Origin: the human T2T-CHM13v2.0 reference genome, Homo sapiens
Assembly: GCF_009914755.1 (NCBI RefSeq)
Contig: NC_060935.1
DNA length: 64,000 bases
Reading direction: 5' to 3' (one strand)
The stretch's first letter is position 1. Each line of letters begins with the position of its first letter. Shown here in pieces: positions 45,612 through 60,799 of this stretch. Position numbers and translations under genes: made by a program. The notes below the pieces were generated by a model. That model saw only the letters and a program-made list of their open reading frames with translations. It did not search any database and had not been told where the DNA came from.

Positions 45612-46053
45612 GTGAGTACATCAGTCATGAGTCTAGCTCCAGCCCCTGGGAAGCACCCTCTTCCAAGCACGAGGTCACCTATTCAGGCTGGGGTTAGGAT
45701 CTGCACAAAACCAAAATTCCAAACCTTTTTCTGTGCTTGTTGAACAAGCCCCTCATCAAGTTCAGAGCTATTTCTTCTACTCCCCAGCACCTACGAAGTT
45801 TTATTGAAAATCAGTGCAGGCAAATATTAGGAATTCTTCTGCCTGAGCTTCACTCCTGGGTGGGATCTGTGTCAGATGATGTAATGTGAGGTCTGGGGTG
45901 AATCTGGGATCCGCCACTTCCCAGCCCTTTGACCTTGGGCACAATGCTCACCCTCCCTGAGCCTCCTCCTATCACTGGTAGTTAGCGCTTCTGCCAGGAG
46001 AGGCTATGAGAATGGAGTAAGAAAGATTAATACTGTCAAAAGAGTCTAGCTGT

Positions 46054-46333
46054 GGGCTAAGCATGGCGGCTCATGCCTGTAATCCTAGCACTTTGGAAGG
46101 TCAAGGAGAGTGAATTGCTTGAGCTCAGGAGTTTGAGTCCAGCCTAGGCAACGTGGCGAAACTCCAGCTTTACCAAAAGAAATATGAAAAATCAGCTGGA
46201 CGTGGTGACATGCACCAGTAGTCTCAGCTACTTAGGGGGCTGAGATGGGGATATCGCTTGAGCCCAGGAGGTAGAGGCTGCAGTGAGCCATGATTGAGCT
46301 ACTGAATTCCAGCCTGGGTGACAAAGGGAAAAA
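46054..46333 (+). mobile_element. AluJ-like in SCGB1D2 intron 1
   Basis: Approximate TSD AAAAGAGT(C/T)T(A/G)GCTGT. Confidence 0.9.
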
Positions 46334-46537
46334 AAAGAGTTTGGCTGTTGATATGAAGTGCTTTCCTTTATTGTGAGAGCTTGAGGAAGTCACACCTGAA
46401 GGGTCTGGCATTGTCATCAGCACAACAAATGTATGTGAACATACAACCCAGGGGATCCTGTCTGGTCTAACGTCAGGGAGCCAAAGAGAAAAATCGACTT
46501 TCCTAACATCAACTATATTTTTATTCTTTTGCTGCAG

Positions 46538-46725
46538 CCAATGCCGAGTTCTGCCCAGCTCTTGTTTCTGAGCTGTTAGACTTCTTCTTCATTAGTGAAC
46601 CTCTGTTCAAGTTAAGTCTTGCCAAATTTGATGCCCCTCCGGAAGCTGTTGCAGCCAAGTTAGGAGTGAAGAGATGCACGGATCAGATGTCCCTTCAGAA
46701 ACGAAGCCTCATTGCGGAAGTCCTG
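46538..46725 (+). CDS. SCGB1D2: SCGB1D2 coding exon 2 (ANAEFCPALVSELLDFFFISEPLFKLSLAKFDAPPEAVAAKLGVKRCTDQMSLQKRSLIAEVL)
   Basis: TTTTGCTGCAG acceptor, 188 nt, CTG|GTAAC donor. Matches the lipophilin B sequence I recognise. Confidence 0.97.
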
Positions 46726-47918
46726 GTAACTTCTTTCTCCTTTATTTGTTAAGGCTTCTGGTCAGCTGCACAGTATGAAGTGAGGTCAGCTTGCTGCTCT
46801 GTTGGGGACACAGGTGGTGGGGCAGCTGCCTTGCTGGTCACCTCTTGAGAAGGTCACCTGGGGCCACAGGGTGGGTGCCACCATTTCACCTGCAGAATTC
46901 AACTCAGCTGCACACAGCCTCCTGCATGTTCCTCCTTCTCATGTCACCTGCCTGGATGCCATGTCCCCAGAGTGTGCTGAGGACATGGGGAGTGAGCCTG
47001 GGCCCAGGCAGAAATGGTAAAGGGCCAAGCATGACCGCCTCGCTGCTGGGAGCTTTCCTGAGACCAAACTGCCCTCATGTAATGGACACAGTCACTGTGG
47101 AATGTCCTGGGGAGCATGGGAGCCTTGAACAGGGAGAGGAAGGCAGGGAGGGACATAGAGCAGGGGCTCCTGCAGATGTAGCACTGGCAGGCTGGACTTC
47201 TCTGCAGCTTCTGCAGAGCCAGGAAGGAGCCCCTCCCAGCTCCTGAGACCCCATACTCCCCTCCACACCCACGACACTCTCCTGACCATGGCCAGTCGTC
47301 CAAGACCCTAGCTAGTCTACCTCCTGCAGTGCCATGGAAGCGGGATGTTCTCACTCTGTCTTTCTCAAGAAATCAGAGGTTTTCCAGGGGCCTCTCTGCC
47401 TGGCTGCCTCTGAGTTGCTGTCCTGAGGTTTAGCTGCAAATGCTCATGGAAGCTGCAGGCTCGGGACTGAGAGGTGCTCGGGCCCTGAGGCAGAATTCCC
47501 ACATGGGGAGGCTGGAGTCTCCTGGAAGCCAAGCTTCCCAGAAGCCCTCTCAGCCCTGACCAGCCTCTCAGTCCTGGGTCCCTCACTGCAGGAACCAGGA
47601 GACTCCAAGCCCTGGGACAGCCCAGGCAATAACCTCTTGCTGCTCTCTCCAACCCTCGTCACTTGCTTCCATGAGGATCCTGGGCCTCATTCCCGGATCA
47701 CCCCAGGGCTATTGGCCTGGCAAGAAAAGGCTGCTCCATCACCGGCATGGGTGCTGTGAGGCCACCAGGTCTAGGCCTCAGTTTCCCAAACTGAGTTGTT
47801 GCCTCTGCCCTTCCAATTGCCTTTGGGGGCAGAATCCCACTGGCCTCTTGGATGTGAGCCTGTCACCTCCAGCAGCAGCATGACTGACCCCACCTTCTTT
47901 TTTCTTTTCCTATTTTAG

Positions 47919-47948
47919 GTGAAAATATTGAAGAAATGTAGTGTGTGA
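47919..47948 (+). CDS. SCGB1D2: SCGB1D2 coding exon 3 (VKILKKCSV*)
   Basis: Polypyrimidine tract plus TTTTAG acceptor, TGA at 47946-47948. Total length 90 aa. Confidence 0.97.
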   Translation: MKILKKCSV

Positions 47949-48037
47949 CATGTAAAAACTTTCATCCTGGTTTCCACTGTCTTTCAATGACACCCTGATC
48001 TTCACTGCAGAATGTAAAGGTTTCAACGTCTTGCTTT

Positions 48038-48043
48038 AATAAA
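48038..48043 (+). terminator. SCGB1D2 polyadenylation signal AATAAA
   Basis: Canonical hexamer 90 nt after TGA. Confidence 0.9.
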
Positions 48044-48809
48044 TCACTTGCTCTCCACGTCTCCACTGGTCTTGTTATAATCCTGCAGTCTCGAGCCTTG
48101 AGTACAGGGTGGTTTCCATAGTGGAGTGGCCTTTTGCTGTGGGTGATAATTAACTCCAGAGAACCAGCATCCTGTTACTAATGGGGCCTGAGTCCAGGTG
48201 TCACAGAGGAGAATATTTGGTAGGAATTATCCTGCATTCCTTACAGATTTCCCATCTTGCAGCCGTGAATAAAAACCATGGTAACAAGGACACAGGAATT
48301 GAAATGTTCCACTGGTCTTACACTGAGAGAACCCCCAGCCTGAATGGGTATCCAGGCCGAGGGTTCCCACCTATCAGTGACTTTACTCTGATGTCCCCTC
48401 AGACCCACAGTCAGCCTGCTTGGTGCTCTCTCTGCACTATGCTTTCTGTCCTCCGTCATGTCCAGTATACTTCATTTTCCACTTATCACAATTTGGGGTC
48501 CTCTTTAGGTTTCAACCTGGAGTTCACATTGTTTTACTCCCCACGCTCAGAGCACTCCTCAGCGTCTGCATCACTCACCAGCACCTGAGGTGAATGCTTC
48601 CTTCCTCAAGCTCTCCCAAGAGCTCCAGAGACCAGCACCCCCTGACAACTGGACAGCTCCCAGTGCGCACTCCACAGTCATTTCAGGAGCAGGATGTAAA
48701 ACTGAGCACAGGGTCTGCCCCCAGCCTGCTCTCCCTTCCATGAGCCCATCCAGGCTAAGGCACCCACCCAGCAAGCACCCTGACCAGGACACAGAGAGAC
48801 ACCACAGTT

Positions 48810-49570
<761 letters not shown>

Positions 49571-51323
49571 AGGCAGCCAATGACAGCTCCCCTCCCTCCT
49601 GACTCCTAACAGTGCACTATGTTCTATTCCCTCCATTGCCCCAGAATCACCTTTACGAGTTCCTTCTTTCCCATCACACAGTCATATCACAGTCTGGTCT
49701 ATGTCCTCCCCAGCTCTGACCAAATTCTTCTACATTGTCTTGCAGCCTCTATGAACTCTTCTTACTATACATCCTCCTCATTCATGCCAGGGTAAGTCTC
49801 CTAAATTTAAAATGTGATCCTATTCTCTTTTCAACAACTCTAAATGACCAGAGGGCACTGGTTCTCAAGGCTTTCAAGTAAGGGAAATTATTTTTTTACC
49901 CCAAGCCCATCTTTTTATGATAATAGTCACCATTACACAATTGGCAGGAGAGTAGATAACAGTTGTTATTAATTAAACATTGCTTTTAAAAGAAATTTGT
50001 ATTTTAATCACACCAGAAATTATGTACACTTAAAAATAGAACCAAGATATATCAAACTTACTATCAGCAGGCATAGCGTGCTGTTGTGTGTGGCAGATAC
50101 AAGGATTTATGGAGCTCTCACATCACTGGGAGAAAACCAGAGAGGAACCACTGCTGGAGGAGCGAGTCCACACCCTTGTGTTGCACACAAGGACCTTCAA
50201 GACCTGCTTCTGGGAGCCTTTGTCTCCTCCTCTCCTCTTCCCTGGGGCACTCTGTGCTCAGCCATACTTGTTTATATCTCATTTTTTGGGCCTCATGTGA
50301 GTCACACCCCTGCATAAGTGCATAGGGGTCTCCCTTTCCCTGTATAGCCATCTCTCACGATGACATCTGACAATCTCATCTATAGAATCCACTTCATATG
50401 CCTCCTCCTCTGTGAAGCCCTCTCAGATATCCACACCTTATATTTTATCTTTATACACATGTGCACCCACATGCCTAGACATTCCTCTTTTATTATCAGT
50501 TTACCTTTCTGTTATATAGGATGCATATCACAGCATTGTTGTGAGAACATATTAAATACATTAATACTATAAAGCACTCAACAAATTATAACAATCATTA
50601 TTATAATGCTTACAACTACTAGAAGTTTCTAGTCATTGATCATCCTGATATGCATTTTGTTGGAAGAATTCCAAGTTCTCTCTCACTTCATCATCACTAG
50701 TGCCCAAGAAGGTCCAAGATTGTTCCCACTAATGAACATGAGAATGACGAATGCCCTACCCAGTGGTCCTCAACCCTGGTTCTGTTTTGGAATCCACTGG
50801 GAAGCTGTCAAAATCAAGTGATGCCCAGGCTCCATCTAGTGTATATGTGTCTATCTCTGTGCAAGTAGAGCTCCTGCAGTCCCTGTTCTTGTGCCTTCAG
50901 CTCTATGGGTGCAGTCATCCAGTGACCTGGGGAGGCAATATCTGGGACAAGAGTCCCTTGTGATACTCACAGGACTCCCAGCATCACCAGGGCTGTGACC
51001 TGGAGGCCTTTTCCTTAGCTACTTTCATCGCTTTTAAAGATTGGAGATTGCAAAGTGCTCACTCTTTTCACCATTATACAGCTAATCACATAGGGATCAT
51101 CTGTGGTAAGGTTTTCCTTCCTGAGTTGCTATTAAAAGAGTGTGACGTGAAATTCAGTAAGACTGCACAGGCTGGGGCAGGGAGGGAGGGCATTAGGAGT
51201 CATTATTTAAGGGCTATTGAGTTCCTGATTGGGATGATAATAATTTTCTGGGAAGGAATATTGTGAAACGTTGTGAATGCCTTTAAGGCCACTGAATTAT
51301 ACACTTAAAGATGGTTTGAAAAG

Positions 51324-51650
<327 letters not shown>

Positions 51651-52068
51651 CTAAGGGTTGCTGCTGTCTGGGAGGCAGCAGGAAGATACCTGTGAAGGGG
51701 AGCTGGGCCTGTATTTTACCTCTGGACACACCCCCCCCAAGACCTGTCGGCATCCCACAGTCAGCACTTCTCTCCAAGTCCATGCTCTCATTGATTCACT
51801 TCCTGGATTGCTTCTTTGATGGAGGTATCACAATTTCTAAGAAAATCTAATCCAGAAACCTGAGATTGAGGTTTACCAAGGATGTAGGATTCACCCATGC
51901 AGGGTCTCCAGACTTTTACCCCTTAAGGCTGTCTCCCATGACCATTGAACTAAGTAGAGTCTCATAATTTCCCCCCTGGACAAATATTATCAATCTCTGC
52001 CTAGGCTCTTTTTCTCAAATATCTTGTCCCTATGATCCATCTGGCATTTTATGATAAGCCCAATATTC

Positions 52069-52380
<312 letters not shown>

Positions 52381-55007
52381 TAAAGTATATCTTCAATGGA
52401 TCTCAATTTTCTTTTAATGAAATAAAGCTCAATATCTCAATTCATAAATTAGAATATTCAAGTTTTTGTAATAATCACAACCTCACATTGTTTAAGAATA
52501 CATGTTGTTTTCTTTCTTTCTTTATACTTCCATCTATTCTCTCCCAATGAACTAACCATGGTTTCTGACAGAGTTAGAATCTAGGAAAAGAGGAAAGAGA
52601 AGGAAATCAGAAAGCTCTGAATTAACTTGCCCTTTTTTGTGATTGGTTCAGGCTCTCTGGGTCTGTCAGATGCTTTGTGTCCTGGACAGTTCCATGAGTG
52701 CTTCTGAAAGCCCACACTACCTAGGTAATTTTCTAGAATAAAAAGATTGAAAAATCTATAGAAATCCACTGATTTCCCATACCAAAACAATTTTGATCAT
52801 ATTTTGGAACATCATCTTAAATAAAAGCCCCCCACTTTTTTTTTGGAAGAAACAGCTAGACACTTACAAGAATGGAGAATAATAATGGAACCAACACAAG
52901 AACAGGAAGGCAGAGCAGTAACACTCAGAATTCAGAGTATTTCAACCTGTAATTCTACACAGATGTGAATCTACATCCAGGCTACAATTATTCAAGCATG
53001 AAGACAAAATAAAGATATTTTCAGGCATGCAAATCTGCAAACATTTTATCACCAATGAACTTCTTTTCAGAAAGTTATTGTAGGATATGCTCCACCAAAA
53101 AGAAGTAGAACAAGAAAGGCAAAGATGTGGGATTGGATACACAGGGATTATAATAGGAGTTACTGGATACATCAACAGAACAGCGAGAAAAGATTATTGA
53201 GAACACGGAAATACCCCCACAGGAAAACAAGCTGAAAGTGAGAATGGGACTGGGAGGTCTGCAGAGGAAGGGCAAGGAATAATCACTTTTAATAAAACAC
53301 TTTTTTGCATTATATTCCTTTTCAAAACATGCATCTATATCAACTTTTTAAAAATTAAAACTGTAAAAAAAAAAGGATGTTGGAAAACAAATAAAAAGGA
53401 AAGGGAGCATAGAAGAAAAGGGGCAAAAAAGTGGGCAGAGAGGAGATAATTTGGCAAAAAGAAGTTAAGAAGATGCAAATGGCCTCAGGTCAAAGCAGAA
53501 TCTACACCACACTGTACCATGGAGGAAGATAGTATATTTTGTTGAAAGAATTAATGAATTTCCTTAAAGAATTAATTAGCAAGTTGAATGGGAAGACAGG
53601 ATGTAGAACTAAAGAAAGACACAATGTATATCACTGAGATGAGATCTTACTACACAAATTAAAAGCCTGCAGACATTCAAGGAAATATCAAGGAAGGCTT
53701 GCAGAAGAGGTGATGGCTGAGTTGGACCATGAAGCACCGAGAAGATGAGGATGGCAAGCAGAGGAAGCAGGGCCTCCAGATGCATGGAGCAGCCTGGGCA
53801 AAGGCATGGACAGAAGGCTGAGCCAGCCCCCTGGAGGACAAAGATGACCACACTCCTTTTGGCATCTTGAAGGCTCACAGATATTTCTCTAGCACAGGGT
53901 TTCTCAATCTTAGCAGTAGTGACATAGAGGGCAAGTAATCCTTTCTTGTGGGATCTGTCTTGTGCATTGTAGGAGGTTCAGCAGCACCCCTGTTCTCTGC
54001 CCACTTGATGCCAATAGTATCTGGGCTGCCATACAGCTGTGACAACCAAAAACATCTCCAGACTAATGTCTTCAGGGATGGGGAAAGTTGGGAGTAGATG
54101 TGTCCTAGTTGAAAGTCACTGCTTTGGAGTGGGAAACCTTGTCAGTTCTGCTATACAACTATACTAATACTTCTAATGATCAGACTTTCACAAAGTTGGA
54201 ATTACTACAGGTACAAGAAAATAGGGACATTGAAAATAAAACAAATACCAACTTGATGATGAAAATGTTAGTGCAGATATTTGAAGAACCAAATCAGCAG
54301 TCATACATGTACAGGATTAACTTTTAACCACATACTATAGGGAAATGTCAGGTTGAGTAAAGTTCAGGGTTTGGTGAGGGAGCCAAGGAGAATTAGCCAG
54401 GGGCTGACACCTGATTCTGGCTCTGCTTCCAAATTCAGCTCCTGGTCCAAACTCATTAGATAAATCCAAGTCATATGCTGTTATGGTAACAGTCACTTTT
54501 GGGGAAAAAGGACACTGAGGTGGCCTAGGCACTGGTGGTACAGTCTCCAACTACCTCTTCTTTTAGCTGATTTCTTCCCACCCTGATCCCAAAGTCCTCA
54601 CCCAAGAAAGAACATCATTGGTGTTAGTGTCCAGAATGTGACTGTGATGTGTGGTTAGTGTTGCATCTGATTCCTGCCTTTACTAAAGATTCAAGTGTAG
54701 ATGAGCACCTATTTCTAAATACACCTTATAACATAACATGTAATATCATCAGTGAACTCTTGCAAACAGCAAATTCTGCTCTGAAAAATAATTAAAAATT
54801 GTTCATTAGGCCCATACCATATGATGTTGCCATGCAAAGAGAGGATGTGCACAGGACTTGCTCTCAAGAAGCATGAACAGAAAGGAGGAGTTAACATCAG
54901 GGATCTGGAGATGTCAGAAGGGAGCTGCCCACAGAGAGCCACAGGGTCCTGTGAAGGAGGAGATCCCTGGAGATGCAGGGATCAGCAAAGAACACAAGAC
55001 CTGCGTG

Positions 55008-57587
55008 TGTAGAGAGCCAAAGGTCCATGGATCATGACCAACTCAGCATTCCACTGGAGGCTATATGATCAAACAGCAAACTGTTTATCATGAATGCAGG
55101 ATGTGGGCAAACTTGTGACTGCACCTGCCACCAGAAGGTTTGCTGAGGGCAATCACTCCGTGGCACCATGCTCCTTGATGTTACCTACTGGGACATCTAG
55201 AGCCTACTGTTTGAAGAATGCAGTCTTGCAAGCCTGCTGTAAATCAAGCTGCTGACCAACAACCACACCCCCCTTCTCGCTATCTCTTTTACCTAATAAA
55301 TACGATGGGCTGTAAAAGCTTAGGGCCCTTGTTCACTAGAAGCAAGGAGCCCCCTGACCCCTTCTTCCAAATATACTCTCCTGTCTTTATCTTTATTCCT
55401 GTGTTCATCCCCCTTTGTTCAGTCCAACAGGGACTGGGGCTGTGTCAAGTGGCGCCTGAACAGGGACTTCGAGGACATGAACAAAAAAGGTCTGCTGGAG
55501 CAGAGGAACTGAAGTTGACAAGACAAACAGGGACCCTGGGATGAGTCTGCCAGCAGTGGATATAAGGCCAGTGCCCTAAAGAGGTACTGGGAGTGAAACA
55601 AGGTCAGTGCTCTAAAGAAGTACTGGGAATGGGAAGTTTTCTGAATCAGGGTAACATGGGACAGAATTTGTCTATTGAAGAAAAATATTATGTGCAGTTT
55701 CTTAAAGTTCTGTTGAGACAGTTTGGAGCTCAGGTTAATTCGCAGACACTAAGTTTCTGCAGGAAGTTATTATGCATAATCCATGGTTTTCACAGGCAGG
55801 CACTCTTGATGTGGAAAATTGGGACAGAGCAGAAGGATTAAAACAGGCTCATCAAAAAGGTCTTAAAGTTGATTCTTCTGTTTTCTCCACTTGGAGTTTG
55901 GTCCATACTCTCCTTCTGCCATTATCTCCTTCTTATTCTGCTGGACAGCAGGTGTCATGTTTTAAGTCTAAAAATCTGAAAGAATCTTTGAAAATAAAAA
56001 ACAGGAGAGGGAGGATAAAAATTGGCCTATACCACCCCTCCAATAGCAGAAACATCTGTACCGCCTCCTTCAGTAGCAGAAATAGAGACCCCAATACAAA
56101 GAATGTTATACTCTGCTGCCATAGCTAGAGAGCCCTTAGGACCTTGTGTTTTTCCTATTTCCATAAGTCATGATCCAAATAATCCACTGCAGTGTACTCA
56201 TGAACACATCCCCCATCTAGAGTTTAAGTTGTTGAAGGAATTAAAAACTAATGTAGTTAATAATGGGATACAGAGCCCATTCACTTTAGGATTGCTAGAA
56301 TCTGTATTTGGTGCTATGCGCTTTCTAACCTTTGATGTAAAACACTTGGCTTGAACTTGTTTGTCTGTTAGTGCATATCTGACATGAAATTTAAATTGGC
56401 AAGAAATGTTTGCAGACCAGGCTAGACAGAACTGTGCTGCTGGACACGGAGACATTACAGAGAATATGCTCTTAGGTAATGGTCCTTATTCAGACCTGGA
56501 ACATCAAATGGCACTCCCAGACCCTGCTTATCAGCAGTGTGCACAGGCCACTAAATGTGCCTTGGCCACAATTCCTGAAGACGGAGTCCCAGTACAATCC
56601 TTTCTACATATCATGAAAGGGTCACAGGAGCCCAATGCACAATTTCTTTCAAGATTACAAGCAGTAGTGAAGCGTCAAACTCCTCATACCACTGCTGCAG
56701 AAATGCTAACCTTATCTTTAGCTTTTGAGAATTCAAATGCGGATTGTAAATGTGCACTGGCACCTGTGAGGTGTACAAAAAACTTGGGAAATTTTCTCAG
56801 AGCTTGTCAGGATGTAGGAACTGAGCTTCATCACTCTGCAATTTTAGCTCAAGCAATGGCTAATTTAGTAATTGACAATTCTGAAAGGAGCCAAGGATTA
56901 AGCCCAAAAGTAGGAAAATGTTATAATTGTGGAAAAACTGGACATTTTAAAAAGGAATGCTGCCAGATCTCAGGACATAAAGGGTCTTATAATGCAGTTC
57001 CCCCACCAGTGGAAAAAACTCCAGGACTCTGTCCTTGCTGTAACAAAGAAAATCATTGGGCTAATGAATGCCGCTCAAAATTTCATCAAAATGGCACCCC
57101 CCCATCAGGAAATGAGAAAGGGATCCGGACCCGGGCACCTCAAACAATGAGGGCATTCCCAGTTCAGACCACAACCCTGTCTCAGGGATGGGTCCCAGGA
57201 GAAGCATTGATTCCCTCACTCCAGGAACACCAGGAAATGCAGGATTAGATCTCCCAGTCAGAAAAAAAATTACATTAGACAAACCTATCAAAGTTCCACT
57301 GGCATTTGGGGACATTTACCAGCAGGATACATGGGACTAATTTTAGGCAAAAGCTGCCTTAACTTGCAAGACTGCATCCTTCAAACAGTAGGCTCTAGAT
57401 GTCAAAGTAGATAACATCAAGGAGCATGGCACCAGGGAGTGATTGCCCTCAGCAAACCTTCTGGTGGCAGGTGCAGTAGCGAGTTTGCCCACATCCTGCA
57501 TTCATGATAAACAGTTTGCTGTTTGATCATATAGCCTCCAGTGGAATGCTGAGTTGGTCACAACCCACAGGCCTTCAGCTCTCTACA
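55008..57587 (+). mobile_element. HERV-K(HML-6)/HERVK3 element: 5' LTR3 (55008-55447), PBS-Lys3, gag, start of dUTPase/pro, then an inverted partial LTR (57363-57587)
   Basis: TG..CA LTR with AATAAA; PBS TGGCGCCTGAACAGGGAC (55450-55467); MGQNLS gag start at 55656; two CCHC knuckles; dUTPase motifs AGLDL and GLILGKS; TSD TGCGTG/TGTGTG. Confidence 0.9.
55656..57248 (+). pseudogene. HML-6 gag pseudogene (frameshifted MA/CA; 280-codon open CA C-terminus and NC at 56406-57248)
   Basis: MHR-like IMKGSQEPNAQFLSRL; zinc knuckles CYNCGKTGHFKKEC and CPCCNKENHWANEC; upstream stops and frameshifts. Confidence 0.88.
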
Positions 57588-57737
57588 TGTGTGGTCCTTG
57601 ATGTGCTTTCAGGAATGAATGAAGTGGTTCAATCCAGAGTGACTGAGTCAAGGGCAGTGGAAGAGGGGTGTCCACAGGGAGCAAAGATCCCAAGCAAAAA
57701 ACTATGGGGCTTGTTCAGAAATAAATCCTGAGTTCAC

Positions 57738-58022
<285 letters not shown>

Positions 58023-58674
58023 TCACATAGGGCAGCAGCGTCATGGACACCAGCACCCACCTGAGCTATGATGCATGGGTCCCTCAGGGTCCAGCTAAGG
58101 AGTGAAATAATATTGAGAGAAGCCTGTGGAGCCACAACACCTGACTTCATATCCTGGTTCTGCCTCTTCCTGGTTGTGTCCCATGAAGTTCTATGGAATC
58201 TCTGTGTCCTGTCTCCTGAAGCTGAGGTTGAATGATCTGCCACCTTACAGCATGGTGACCACAAATTCATTTGCTCAGGACAGTCCTGGTTTACATCGTT
58301 GTCCTGGCTTCCCACCCATTTAGGTTTCCCTCTCATTCGCAAAAGTGTCCCTCATTTACAATCAATATTACGGTCATCTGGATCATAGGATGGTGGTTGT
58401 GGGATTAAAAGAGGCTTACAACAGTACCTGCCATTTAGTAATTAATATAGATTTTTTATTCATATCTTATTTAACATTTTCATGAACATTGCTAAGAAAT
58501 TAGATCTCAAATGTTATGACACACAAGTCTTCCTCTTATAATTCTTCAGCCCTCCAAAGCTTGGGATTGTAGGCCATTCATCTGTGTTACTCTTATATTT
58601 ATAAAATTAGTCACATCAGTTTTGTGCTACATATGATTTTCTTCTGGAGCTGCTGTTAAAGAGAGTGAGGTGAC

Positions 58675-58960
58675 ACCTGGGCCCAGTGGCTCATGCATGT
58701 AATCCCAGCACTTTGGGAGGCCAAGGCGGAAGAATCACTGGAGGCCAGGAGGTTGAGACCAGCCTGGTCAACACGGTGAAACCCTGTCTCTACAAAAAAT
58801 ACAAAAATTATCTGGGCATGTTGACACACACTTGTAATCCCAGCTACTCAGGAGACTGAAACAAGAGAATGGCTTGAACTCGGGAGGCAGAGTTTGCAGC
58901 AGTGAGCCAAGATCGTGTGGCTACACTCCCACCTGAACTCTGCCTCCAAAAAAAAAAAAA
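58675..58960 (+). mobile_element. Alu (older AluS/J-type) in copy C
   Basis: GAATCACTGGAGGCCAGGAGGTTGAGACCAGCCTGG pattern. Confidence 0.9.
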
Positions 58961-60328
58961 GTGCGAAGTGAAATCAAGCCAGATTCTACAGTCTGCAGCT
59001 CTATAGTCAGGGGCAGTCTGAGTGGTAGTAAGAAAGTAAGAAAGTGATAGAAAGCTGGGCAGGTCTGTATTTTAATCCTCATTGGACATATTCTCCCAGA
59101 ACCATTAACACCGCAAAGACAATACATCTCTTGCTATCAACTTTCTGCTTGATTCACATTCTATATAGCTTCTTTGTTGAAAATATCAACTATTTTTAAC
59201 AAACTCTGGCTTAAAATAAAAAGAAAACAGAGCTTTACCAGGTACAAAAGATTTACTTATGCTCAGTCTCTTGATTCTATTGCTTGCAGCCTCTCCCACA
59301 CCTGTTGGCTCATGTAGGGTCTCAAAATGTTTTTTTTTTCTTTGCAAAGCTTTACTTATCTCTACCTAGGCTTTCTTGTTGAAATCACTTTTGCTTATTA
59401 TGTACCTAACACTCTAGGACAAAATCAATGTTGTGAAAACAAAACTATGTCTTTCTCATAGGCTTATTTAAAGTAAACCTTTCTACAAAATATTGCTCAG
59501 GGTCTCAATTCAGAAATTAAAATATGCAGACCTGTGCGTTAATCAAAACTTCACAGTGACTCAAAATTAAGCCTCTCTTTTCTCCTCTCCTTGACACTTC
59601 TACTGATTCTTCCCATGGAACCTACCCATGGTGTATGTCACTTCACCGTTGGGGTGTAGAAAGAGGCAACACAAAGATATGAAAGTTCTCAATTAATCCA
59701 AATGCTTTTGTGATTAGTCTAGGTTCTCTAGGCATTATGATGATTCATCTCCTAGAACACAGTCACATGTCTCACAAAGTCCACACTACTAAGATCTCTC
59801 ATTTTCCTGATGTTTTAAAAATGACTGAAAAAGCAACAGAGTTTCAGCAAAGTAAAAGTATCATTGGATGAAAAATGTATAAAATAATGAAAGACCAAAT
59901 TAAAACAGTATAACAAATAGTATATATGTGGAGGATAAATTAAAGAAAAAAACTATGAATGTAAGATGAAGAATGTTGAAGAATTAATTCACAATGTCCA
60001 ATTACAAAATTCCACCATGAGAAAGAGAGAAAATGGTGGGAACCATAATATCGAAGAAAGAACACACAAAATCATTCCAAAATAAAGGATACAGAATTAA
60101 ATTAAGAAGGCCCTCATTCTCCACTCCAAAAACAATCAAGGTGAAATTTTGGAACATTATTTTCAAAAAAGGATCTTTTCTCTAGAAGAAACACATACCA
60201 AGCTGTGGAATAAAAAATGGCATCAACACAAGAAACTTAACTGTAAAGGAGAAATACATATTTGTAGAATTTTCTGCTTATAATTCTATAATCAGTCAAC
60301 TTTCATTTAAGCTTGAAGATAGAATTAA

Positions 60329-60657
<329 letters not shown>

Positions 60658-60799
60658 TCCCAAGCTTTGTTTTACAATGGCTTTTTTTTTTTTTTTTTTT
60701 TTTTTTTCAGAAAGATAATGAAAGATATCCTGAAGAAAGGATGAGTAGGAGAGAGAGACAGGGATGAAATCAGTGTTGAGGATTTCACATAGCAATAAG

